A program made the translations under genes and the position numbers. Below, in pieces: positions 51,641 to 62,835 of a DNA stretch of 64,000 bases. Under the pieces are notes generated by a model. It was given only the letters and a program-made list of their open reading frames with translations. It did not search any database and was not told the DNA's origin. Origin of the DNA: Octopus vulgaris (taxonomy: Eukaryota); the NCBI GenBank assembly GCA_951406725.2, contig OX597824.1, positions 46,128,001 through 46,192,000 of the forward strand, read 5' to 3'. Numbering within the stretch: the stretch's first letter is position 1; each line of letters starts with the position of its first letter.

Positions 51641-52954
51641 CATTGATGTATATGCATATGTAAGTATGTATGCATATGTGTGTGTGTGTATGTTGTAATT
51701 ATCATCATCATTCAATAAACTATGCTTGTGAAGACTTGTTGAGGCAAGTGAAATTGCTGTCAAGGCCAATGACAGTACTGCCTGATTGGCATCCATGCCA
51801 GTGGTACATTAGAAGCACCATTTGAGTGTGATCATTGCCAGGGCCACTGACTAGCACCCATGCCAGTGGCACGTAAAAATGCACCATTCAAGTGTGGTCA
51901 TTGCCAGTGCTGCTGGACTGGCTCCTATGCAGGTGGCATGTAAAAAAACACTATTTGAGCATGGCTGATGCCAGTACTGCCTGACTGGACCTCGTGCCAG
52001 TGACACATAAAAGCACCCACTACACTCTCAGAGTGGTTGGCGTTAGGAAGGGCATTCAACTGAAGAAACTTTGCCAGATCAGACTGGAGAAACCTTCTGG
52101 CTCGCCAGCCCTCAGTCAAACCATCCAACTCATGCCAGCATGGAAAGCGGACGTCAAAAGATGATGATGATTTGCTGGTTTAGGTTGGACAGTTTGACAA
52201 GGGTGCAATGAATCAATGATTACATCATACTTTAATGTCTGCTTTGGCATGGTTTCTACAGCTGGATGCCCTTCCTAATGCCAACCACTTTACAGTGCAT
52301 ACTGGGTGCTTTTTTCATACCACCAGCACTATTGAGCTCACAAGTCAACAAACCTAGGATGATGTGAGAGAAGGGGTTGGAGTAGAGCAGGTTCTTGTAG
52401 AGGAGCTATATAGCTACTATCATTTAGGAGAGAGTGAGAATGAATTAGATCTCCAGAGAAATAGACAGTGGTGATGAGGTGTCTAGGTGGCACCTCAGGT
52501 AGCAGGAGCAGTAGTGGGTGGGAGAAATAGGGGTTTTGCAATAGTGTATGAGGGGAAAAGATAGGGGAAGTGGGAGAGGAAGGTAAGCATCATCTTTAAG
52601 TATTGAGGGGAAGGGGTGAACGAGTTGGGGAAACTACAGGGATACTAGCAATGTGGTAGTAACAAAAATGTTGTTAGGAACAGAAAAGAGAAACATGAGA
52701 TGTTTGGGTAGGCTGCAGGAGTGGAATAGAGAGATAAAACAGGCATAATGCATGGGATTTGGTGATTTGGGTAGAAGGTTGGCCACTAACATGTGGGCAT
52801 GGAGAACAATATTAACAGATGAAGAATGAATAACAACTGAGTTCTGGGTAGCAAGAGAGAAAAGTGGTATCAGGCTGGTTGTGATGGTGGTAGGGAGCTG
52901 CAGTGGATGACATATGAAGGGAGAGCAACATGAGGTGGAGATTGATCGATTAGG

Positions 52955-52992
<38 letters not shown>

Positions 52993-53070
52993 CTAATGTA
53001 AGAAAAAAAATTTTATCAATGGCCAGCATATCAAAAAATACCTTTAAAGGTTAAATTTATAAATAATTTA

Positions 53071-53182
53071 CAAAAATAAGTGCAAAAGAAAAATTCTAAT
53101 GCCAAATATGCCGAAAAAAAGACAAATTTTGTCTTTTTTTCGGCATATTTGGCATTAGAATTTTTCTTTTTGCCCTTATTTT

Positions 53183-53184
<2 letters not shown>
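53071..53184. repeat. Near-perfect 114-bp palindrome
   Basis: ...AATTCTAATGCCAAATATGCCGAAAAAAAGACAAA-T-TTTGTCTTTTTTTCGGCATATTTGGCATTAGAATT... Confidence 0.92.
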
Positions 53185-53223
<39 letters not shown>

Positions 53224-53299
53224 ACACATATACACACATGCCCTTATGCATGCATATATATATATATATATACAGAATATATCCAATACAGTGCTTTTA

Positions 53300-54960
53300 G
53301 AAGTCAGTTTCATCATGATTGGCAGGTTTTCATAAGAACCTTGTATTGCCAGATATCCTAGTCCCTTGTCATTTCCTTTGTGAGGCTGATGATCCTGAGG
53401 TCAGCCTTCACCATTCCATACCCTATCTTTCTTGGTCATCCTTGTTTACAGGCTCCAGTCACATATAGTGATCAGCACTTTTTTATACAGCACTTTTTTA
53501 TATCATCTATATGTATCATGTGTCCATACTCGTATAATCTTCTTTCTTGCACACTACATCTGATCCTTCTTGTTTGGTCTTTCTCTCAATACATATATAC
53601 TATGGCATTCAGGTACACTTACATTGCCCATCCAACAGAGCATCCTAGCTTCATTTCTTTCCAGTCTTCTAATGTCCTCTGAAGTCAAGGTCCATGTCTC
53701 ACTACTATGCAGCATTGAAGTTCTGACACAAGCACCATATAATCTGCTTTTCACTCTGACGAAAAAGAACATTGTTGCTAGCAGGAGTAGTAGCCCCCTG
53801 AACCTTTTCCAGCCCATTCTTACTCTGGTTATCATGCTCTTAGAGCATCCATCTCCCTTGCTAATTATATCTCCCAAGTAACAAAAGTTATCAAGTACTT
53901 CTAGTGTGTTAGTATGAACTCTTCCAGTGCATCTACCACATATGAAGCCTACATTTTTTGGATAGTCTGCCACTAATTCCACTACATCTCTTGTGTGTTC
54001 ATAGCTTACACTGAGTACAGTGTATAGAGTTTATACCCACTCCTTTTCTGCATATTGAACAAAGCCATTTCCTTGAAGCTGTCAGGGTCCTGTCTTCTCT
54101 CATACTTACAAAAAATTGTGTTTTTTCTAGGTTTTCTTTAAGGCCTTTCAATTCCAGATTTAACTGAAGGTATATATATCTTCTCTAATTCTCCTATAGA
54201 TTCAGCTATGAAAAATAGGTCACCAGCATGTAGGAGCCCATGGACATCTAAGCATAAACTCTTCAGAGATGGACTATGAAGAATAAGATTATGATAAATA
54301 GAACAGGGCTGAGAATTGTGCCTTGATGAACACCAGCCCTCAGTGAAGTTGTTGACTCTCACTTTACTTACTGCATGGTTTGCACAGCTCTCACAAGTCA
54401 TTCAACAATGCTTAATTTCTTTATTGACTACCCGATTATTGTACATGGTACCCTTCTGAAAGTCTTCTCCAAGCCAATAAAGGCCACAAATAAGGGTTTA
54501 TTCTTAGCAAAGTATTTCTCCCGTAGTTGCCTCACTAGGAAGATTGCATCTCTGGTACCTCTTCCAAGCACAAAACCAAACTGCATCTCATCTAAATCTA
54601 CCCTATCATGAATCTGTTGTGCAACGACTCTCTCTGTGACCTTCAATATCCGATCCAGCAATTTAATTCTTCTGTAACTATTTCTCTCTAAGGTATCTCT
54701 TTGCTTTGCCACAGTTTACCATGATATTACTACACTAGTCATTGTGTATGACACCCTCATGTATGATTCGATTTACTATCCAGATGGTAATCCTGCATCC
54801 TGCTTCACCAAATATTTTGAGCATCTCCACAATTATCCCAGATGGACTGCAACTTTCTCACTCTTCATTTCCTTGATTGTCTTATCTAACTACACTGCTA
54901 TCAACTTGAATTGCTGGTCCCTCAGTATGGTCAGCACAAGGTATCACTTCTTCATATCAT
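53300..54960 (-). mobile_element. Degraded RTE LINE reverse transcriptase and 3' fragment
   Basis: YRRIKLL...MQFGFVLGRGTRDAIFLVRQL.EKY...FCYLGD...RVRMGWKRF. Confidence 0.88.
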
Positions 54961-55970
54961 GCATTCTACACATTCAACAACCTCTCATACTCAAGTAGTT
55001 ATATTTAATTTGTTTATCTGCATAATTGCCTCTATATTTCATCATCATTGTTGTTTAACATCTATTTTTCTATGTTGGCATGGGTTGGATGGTTTTGACA
55101 GGAGCTGTCCTGACTCCAATTGTTTCTTGTGACAAGGTTTTTACAGCTGGTTGCCCTTCCTAATGCCAATAAATATATATATATATATATCATTGAATTT
55201 GGTAGGCGGAAGTTTCCATCATGTACATGTGCTTGTAAGTGCTCATGCCCCCTAAAAGATAGAAGGCAATATAAATATATAGTTATTGTCTAAGTATCTA
55301 TAAGTCAGGGAAAATAGGCATTCATATATTTGTCAATAGAGTGGGTTATCAATTAGGAATGCTTTTCAGGAAGGGCAGGTATTAGATAACAACCTTGTAA
55401 CCTAGTATCTAATGTGAAACTAATTGATTAGATTGGCTATAATGGATCTGTAACACTGTATACTTTGATATATATATATATATATATATATATACAGGGA
55501 TCCTAACAGCATATTGGTTTGTAGCCCAGAGAGTGAATGAGGGATCCATGACAATCTGCAAGGGTCATGATTAAGTAAAAAAAAAAAAAAGTACACCACT
55601 TTTATTTTGAGAAAACGCCCTTCCTGGGACCTGAAACTAGTTTTGCTTCACCTAGTCAAATTCTTATGTGCTCATGGATTCGGCAGTGCTGTATTAAAGA
55701 AGTTGACACCTTCCCTATATCGAAATGTGAAGAAATTGCCTGATCTCCCAAGGGATTCATGTTCCTTCTGGCTCCTCTTGCTGCTCACCTATCTTCAAAC
55801 AGTTGCACATAAACACAAATAAACGTGCTTGTATATATGCATGAATGAACGAACACAACTACTGTGTTGAGTGCTTTTTTTCTTTCGTTTGTCCAGTCAC
55901 TTGTGTGTGTGTATCGCCAATGTACCATGTATTCGAAAAAGAAGTATATTCTAAAGCATAGGGCAGTAAT

Positions 55971-56151
55971 GTAGTTAGGTCTATGTCCGGATATAGAGGT
56001 GACCAATGGTTTCGCATCCACAAAGGGCTTAGCCCCGTGAACGTTTGCGTCAGACCCTTCGGCTTTAGAGTCTGACGTGACGTTCAACGGCTAAGCCCTT
56101 TGTGGATGCGAAACCATTGGTCACTCTATATCCGGACATAGACTTAACTAC
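55971..56151. repeat. Near-perfect hairpin (about 85-bp arms): inverted duplication of an HHR-bearing sequence
   Basis: GTAGTTAGGTCTATGTCCGGATATAGAG... pairs with ...CTCTATATCCGGACATAGACTTAACTAC around a 14-nt loop. Confidence 0.9.
56066..56128 (+). ncRNA. Type I hammerhead motif (A9->U variant)
   Basis: TAGAGT-CTGACGT-G...C-GAAA-CC ATT GG-TC-ACTCTA; perfect 6-bp stem I and 3-bp stem III. Confidence 0.7.
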
Positions 56152-56159
56152 TTACAAAT

Positions 56160-56212
<53 letters not shown>

Positions 56213-57437
56213 ATATAATAAACAGTAGGACAATCACATGATAAAATTGAAGTCGTATGTGTGAGTGTATACACACACATGTATGTATGTATTTGAATAA
56301 AAATCCATATTGTATTAAGTAAGAATTACGTAGTACTTCACACGCCCTCATTTCACAATAGCCCCTAAACCTGTATTCAATTATATCTAACAATTTGTCA
56401 GCTGACATTAATGTTATCCCCATTTTTTCCTGAATCCTATCCATGTATAAATGAATCAATGAATAAAACAAAGATATACGAGTATAGTTATCAACAACGT
56501 AAAAGAAAGAACCATGGTCAATAAAAAGAAAAAACTGTTTGCTCAGCTATTTTGGAAATACCCGTTATAATAATTAAATCCAGATGATTACACTTCGTAA
56601 GCTGTCAAACTTTTGACAATGATTTCTACATAAACAACAAAGAGAAAAGAACAGTTAAGCGGGGAGGAATTACAGATTTCAATACGTTAGTAATTATTAT
56701 TTATCCTTGTTGATCAGACTAATGTTCATAAGAATGACATATAGTTGATTAAATCTACAAGTAATTTTGTTGGCGTTTATTCCATCGACACTCTGGAAGA
56801 TTAGGGCAACTCCGGTGAGATTTTAAACAGGAAAGAATGAGATATAAAAACTAAACTAAACAATGATTTTAATCAGCAACACTGTTTCGGCCATCTCAAC
56901 GACACAAAAAAAATTTTAAATCTCTCATACTGACAGAAGACGAAAGATTTGCAGTGGGACGTCACAGGAAAATAACCTAATCGGAGAATATGCCTGGTAC
57001 CCTGGTACATATTTATCGTCCTCATTAGTGAAAGGGTGGGAAACAAAGACGAACAAGCAAGATTTGAACTAGGAACGTTGATGGAAGAAACTAAATATAT
57101 ACTATAATGCACTCTATCGTTCCACATTATCTCTAATAAAAACAAAACATTAGTCATTCGAAGCATTACATAAGACAAATCATTAAGTTCTATGTCTGCT
57201 GTAGAGTTAATCATTTAAAAGTAATAGTTGTAAAAGTCTTATCAAAATGTGAATAATCTGGAAGAGTGTACTAAGAATTTGTTTAACAGAAGACATTAAA
57301 GAAAGGGTGTAACCTGTTAGAGATTAAAAATATATATATGTATTCCGTAATCAGTAATTTAGGTAAGAACCATTCAAAAAATTGGTTAACATTTAAATAA
57401 GCTACAAGTTTGATATTTCCCGGATGAAATCACAAAC

Positions 57438-57541
57438 CTTATAATTTTCCTGCTTATTTGGTCCGTGGTAGAGCCATGAAGTTCGAAAGTTACAGCTGCT
57501 GTAGCTTTCAGTGGGTTACGATGGAACCAGTAAGCCGCCAT
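57438..57541 (-). CDS. BROX: BROX coding exon 1 (start codon)
   Basis: ATG at 57541; MAAYWFHRNPLKATAAVTFELHGSTTDQISRKII matches the BROX N-terminus (human MTHWFHRNPLKATAPVSF...). Donor AG|GTTTGT; 104 nt, phase 2. Confidence 0.95.
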
Positions 57542-57546
57542 GTTGA

Positions 57547-57654
57547 CTGTGAAACAAAAACAATACACTAACAAAGGGGACATAACTTCGATCTTATTTA
57601 TTATCAATTTCTATTAACCAAAATTCCTTTTGAGAGCTTCTAGTTTCCACTCAC
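57547..57654 (-). other. Candidate short 5'-UTR intron of BROX
   Basis: Acceptor TTTTTGTTTCACAG lies 5 nt upstream of the ATG; the nearest good donor is CCAT|GTGAGT at 57654. Confidence 0.5.
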
Positions 57655-57929
57655 ATGGATATTTCTCGAATCCTTTAATGTGGTTCAATAAAAATGTATT
57701 TTATTAAAGCATATTTTAGTGTATTCTTTAAAACGTTATCGATTACTCTACCTTTGTTTTCACACACACACACACACATACAAGGTTTCAGGTTCAATCA
57801 CACTTGGCAAATGTCTTCTATTATAGACCTAATCCAAGCAATGTAGACAGAAACTGTATGAAAGCCTGTCGTGCATGTATGTATGCATGTATGTAAGTAC
57901 GTTTTTCTTTGAGTTTCATTTAAAGAAAA

Positions 57930-58701
57930 TACTCAATGCTGAAAAATTCCAGGCCCTGCGCTACCAGCATCCAAAACTGAATATGAAAATTACAGGGTAC
58001 ACCGGTCCACAGGGAATTTCAATCCCAGAGTCTAAGTCAGTGAGGGACCTGGGTATCGACATGAGTGATGATACCTCTTTCCAAGTCCACATTACCAGGA
58101 TGGCAACAAAGTGCAGATGACTGGCTGGATGGATCCTAAGAACGTTCAGAACCAGAGATAAGGAAACCATGATGGTCCTCTGGTGGACATTCGTCCTCAG
58201 CCACCTGAATTACTGCTCACAGCTATGGTCACCCACCAGTATGAAATTAACAGCGGACCTTGAAGCTATCCAGAGAAGATTCACAAAGAAGATCGTGTCT
58301 TTGCAACAGCTCAGCTACTGGGAAAGGTTGAAACAGCTAAGACTCTACTCCCTGGAGAGAAGACGGGAGGGGTATGTAGTAATATATATCTGGAAGATCC
58401 TGGAAGGAATTGTGCCAGAACGGGACAACACTGCATAGTGCCAAAGATCCCAGCAATGCCATCATGCTTCAGGACCAGTTACTGCAACAGCCTGGGTTTC
58501 AAGGGCCCACAGCTTTTTAATATTCTCCCAAAGAGTCTGAGGAACTTGCACAAAGTAGATGTAGGGGTTTTTAAATCAAAGCTGGACCTCTTCTTGTCGA
58601 GAGTCCCAGATGAACCTACCTCACGGCAAAAGGTGCAAATGAGGGTAGCTATATCAAACTCCATTCTTCACCAAGTGCCACATATTAGAGGAGGCTCTTA
58701 G
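57930..58701 (+). mobile_element. CR1/L2-group LINE 3' fragment
   Basis: NAEKFQAL...VRDLGI...HLNYCSQLWSP...LEAIQRRFTK...YWERLKQLRLYSLERRR. Confidence 0.85.
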
Positions 58702-58979
58702 TAATAACAGTGTAGCAAAATGGTGGTGCATCAGCATGGCCGCAGCTCTGAGCTGAAACTAAAAAATGAAAAAATGTATGTGTGTATATATGTATGCATG
58801 TATGTCAATGTATTCATGTTCCTCAACCCATAACTTAGTATTTTCACAAAAAGGACTAATAGAAGAAAAATCAGAATAAGTAACACAGAGCTATAATAGA
58901 AGACACTGGATTCTATAGCCATCCCTCTCTGTTTGTCTCTCTCCCTCTCTCTCTCTCTCTCTCGCTATGTCTCTATGTG

Positions 58980-59033
<54 letters not shown>

Positions 59034-60296
59034 CTTTTACTTGTTTCAGTCATTAGATTGTAGCCATGCTGGGGCATTGCCTTAAAGAGATTTTAACCAA
59101 ATGAATTGACCCCATTACTTGTTTTACTTTTTGAGCCTGGTACTTAGTCTATCAGTACCTTTTGCCAAACTGCTAAGTCACAGGGATGTAAACATACCAA
59201 CACCAGTTGTCAAAAGGTGGTGGGGGACAACACATATACAAAGACACATATATATACATATATATATGTATGTATATGTATACACACACACACACACATA
59301 TATATATACACACACACATATGCACAACAGGCTTCTTTCAGTTTCTGTCAACCAAATCTACTTGTTCACCCCAAGGCTATAGTAGAAGACACTTGCCCAA
59401 GCTGCCACACAGTGGGATTTAACTTGGAACCATATGATTGGGAAGTAAACTTCTTACCACACAGCCACGTCTGCACCTATAAGTTATTTTGCAAGAATTT
59501 TTAACTGAAATCATGCATCGAAACCAATATTGTTATATTAGAGAAGTGTCATAATAGAGCTTGTAGACAAGTAACAACACATGAATGTATTTATAGGCTT
59601 AACTGATTATTAGACTTCTCCACAATAACATTGTATGCACACATAAAAAGTGTCCAGTACACTCTGTAATATGGTTGATGTTAGGAAGGGTATCCAGCAG
59701 CAGAAAACATGCCAGAGCAGATAATGGAGCCTGGTGCAGACCCCAGCATTACCAGCTCCCATCAAACCCATGCCAGCCTGGAAAATGGACATTAAATGAC
59801 GATGATAATGATATATATTCTCTATTTGTATGTATATTCATGTGTAGTCATATTTAACATGTTTGAGTACATTCAGACATGAGAAGACCTTTTACTACAA
59901 AAATAGTCAGAAATACTATCAAGAACAAATTCTCCTTTGACATGTATGAGAGCACAGTAAGTTGTGAACTGCCGTTAGAAAGTAGAACACATGTACTTTT
60001 GTGTTATTTTGTGTCAGCGGCTATGAATGCCAAAATCTGCCCTTCACAGCCTAAGACTGATTTATTCTTATTAGAACAGCAAATAGTACATTTAGTGATG
60101 TATGTAAAGCTTGGTCAAGTTTCAATTAAATAAGTAAAGTTGCATGAAGCTGTGTTGAGTTAAATATATTTATGTAACATTGTATTTAGCACATTTTAAT
60201 AAGAACAAATCATTCTTATTAGAACAGCAAACAATGCATTTGCTGATGTGCATAAATCTTGACCAAACTTTACACATATATATATATATGCATGTA

Positions 60297-61013
60297 CTAG
60301 CTGGTGTACCCGATAATTCCTGGGGGTAAAGAGGTTCTATTGAAATGCCTTATTACTCTGATATAAGAAAGCAATTTCATTATAAGTGCCACAAAAGGTG
60401 TATTTTCCATGACGAAAAAGTACAAAAAACTATCAGCTGGAGGAGGGAGAGATTGTTGGAGGTTTGCGAGAGAGGTTTTCCGAGGTTGGTGAAAAAGATT
60501 GTCAGAGGCTGGTGAAAGAGGTAGTTGGAGGTTGGCGAGAGGCAAAGACATTATTCTGCTTAGCAAAGGCATTTATGAAATGTATAACTGCTGTCATTCA
60601 CAGAAAAGCAATTGCTTTACCATGAGAAAAGTGTTGTTGAAGTGTTAAGTGAAATTTGGCAATCAAGGATCTAATCCATGCTATGCCTGCATGAAGCCAC
60701 AACCAATACATTGTGGAATAAAACATTTATCTACTCTCATGGAAAAAGTGTAAGTGTAAAAATGCAGAATTATTGGAGTAATGGGCATTCAAAAAAGTAT
60801 GTATGTATAGAAATGTATGAATGAAGTCTTTAAGGTTTAAGATTCAAATTAAGGAAGTGCAATAATAATGTTTAGCAGATCAGAACTGTGAGTAGTGAAA
60901 TGCAGAATTAGGTTGGATGATCGTGAGAATCAATTATTGATCGCTTCGCTACAATCTCTTGGTGGTTATTTCCCTTGGGTTGTTTAAATAAAATATTAGT
61001 AATATGTAGTAGA
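60297..61013 (-). mobile_element. Probable Helitron-like non-autonomous element
   Basis: Minus strand starts TCTACTAC after an A and ends CTAG before a T; the subterminal hairpin is weak. Confidence 0.45.
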
Positions 61014-61381
61014 TAGAAGGATCCATTGGAAGGGCCCTATTATTGATTTTTTTTTCAGGAGTGGTTGTGTGGTAAGTAGCTTGCTTACCAACCACATGGT
61101 TCTGGGTTCAGTCCCACTGTGTGACACCTTGGGCAAGTGTCTTCTGCTATAGCCTTAGACCAACCAAAACCTTGAGAGTGGATTTGGTAGACGGAAGCTG
61201 AAAGAAGCTCATCGTATATATGTGTGTGTGTGTGTGTGAGTATATATATATATATATAGATATATATATGTATATATGTATGTGTGTGTATATGTTTGTG
61301 TGTCTGTGTTTGTCCCCTTCAACATCGCTTGACAACCGATGGTGGTCTGTTTATGTCCCCGTAACTAATAGCCTCAGGCAT

Positions 61382-61444
61382 TGGAGTCTGATGAGACATC
61401 TATAAAGCTAAGTGCTTATGGATTTGAAACCATTGATCACTCTA
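61382..61444 (+). ncRNA. Type I hammerhead motif, same family as the copy at 56066
   Basis: TGGAGT-CTGATGA-GAC ATCTATAA AGC TAAGT GC TTATGGAT TT-GAAA-CCATTGA-TC-ACTCTA; canonical core, one stem III mismatch. Confidence 0.72.
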
Positions 61445-62163
61445 TGACAGGACATATTTTAACTTCTTGCAAATACATTACTCCTCTAAACTTTAGAACG
61501 GGCTTCTTTCTCAGATATATGTGTGTGTATACATGATCCACTGATGATACATACTGAACTACAAAAGAAACATTGCATTGTAAAAGATTATTTGTTTCAC
61601 ACATGATATTGAGATTATATTGATTTTATCACATTTCTAGGTTATTTGACATCAGGAAGATGTCACTGACCCACAACACCACTCTCTTTTGAAAACACAA
61701 GGATTGCATGTTGGGTTCAAACTCACTCACTTTTTGTGAACATGGTAATGCTCACGAATGCATATTTATGAAAGGCATGATGCATGTGCAAAATGTTGAC
61801 TCGTTGGGTATAAAGGACACCCAAATTTACCAGTAAGCAGTAAACATGTCAAGACTGACATGAAATCAGAGGGAGCAAACCACTGGATTTTTCTATGCTG
61901 GTCAATGTCCATGGGTCATTGCTAATGACTTGAACTGCTGTATTCGGACAATTGAGCAACTGAGGGAATGATACAATGCCACAAACAGTATAGATGATCA
62001 TCCACGCAGTGGCTGACCGAGGGTTACGATGATACATCAAGATCACCACTTGTAGGACTGATTTTTGAAGACAATAGAATCAGCTAGGCAGACCATTGGG
62101 GCTCACCATAGACCCACTTGTGCAGAGACAGTTCACCACTAGCTGAGATCTTTCAATCTGTCT

Positions 62164-62793
62164 TGTAATACAATTTACTGAACCTCAGTTTTTTAATATG
62201 CTAGACCACTGATGTTAAATTGATGTTATCAAATTAATATCCAATTTTTCACCTTCATTTAAATTTTAATTTTAAATTAATACGTTCTCAAACCGGCAAA
62301 AGCTACTGCAGTGAATTATTTTATGCAGTATTATTTCCGGTATTTTAGCGTGCCAAAACGAGGACTTTTGAAAAATAACCACAAGTGTAATAGGTAGAAC
62401 TACATACATGATCGACCTCGTGTGGACGTCTGGTGTGTAGTTCTGCAAATTATATTTGTATGGATAATCTTACTGAAGATCTACAGATAAATTGCATAAG
62501 TAAAATTACGTAATCTGTTGATAGTGAAACATTGTTTATGATTAATCTATATTTTTGTTACTTTTCATTTGCCTTGCTCACTTACATTTCTGATGTTTGC
62601 TAAATTTTCTAGAGAACATTTCTTAGTGGTAAGACCATAGCGGATCTACTTCTAGCATTAGGGTTGTCCACATAGTGGTCATCCCTCTCATATGTATGTA
62701 ATACAATTTACTGAACCTCAGTTTTTTGATATGCTAGACCACTGGTGTTATCAAATTAATATCCAATTTTTCACCCTCATTCTAATTTTAATT
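62164..62793. repeat. Direct repeats of about 100 bp (period 533 bp) flanking a structured, HHR-containing core
   Basis: TGTAATACAATTTACTGAACCTCAGTTTTTT.ATATGCTAGACCACTG...CAAATTAATATCCAATTTTTCACC at 62164 and 62697. Confidence 0.85.
62465..62544 (+). ncRNA. Degenerate type I hammerhead motif
   Basis: TAATCTTA-CTGAAGA-TCTACAGAT...ATCTGTTGATAGT-GAAA-CATTG-TT-TATGATTA; stem I pairs at 7 of 8 positions. Confidence 0.6.
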
Positions 62794-62800
62794 CTATACA

Positions 62801-62835
<35 letters not shown>

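Noticed and set aside
55230-55450. Further hammerhead remnants between (TA)n tracts
   Set aside because: Some stems are present but the core nucleotides are too degraded to call.
57542-57607. N-terminal extension of BROX suggested by ORF 57386-57607
   Set aside because: Homology starts at ATG 57541, and a splice acceptor lies just upstream of it.
61800-62150. Exon of a neighbouring gene
   Set aside because: No convincing open frame with splice sites or recognisable protein; probably a decayed retroelement.
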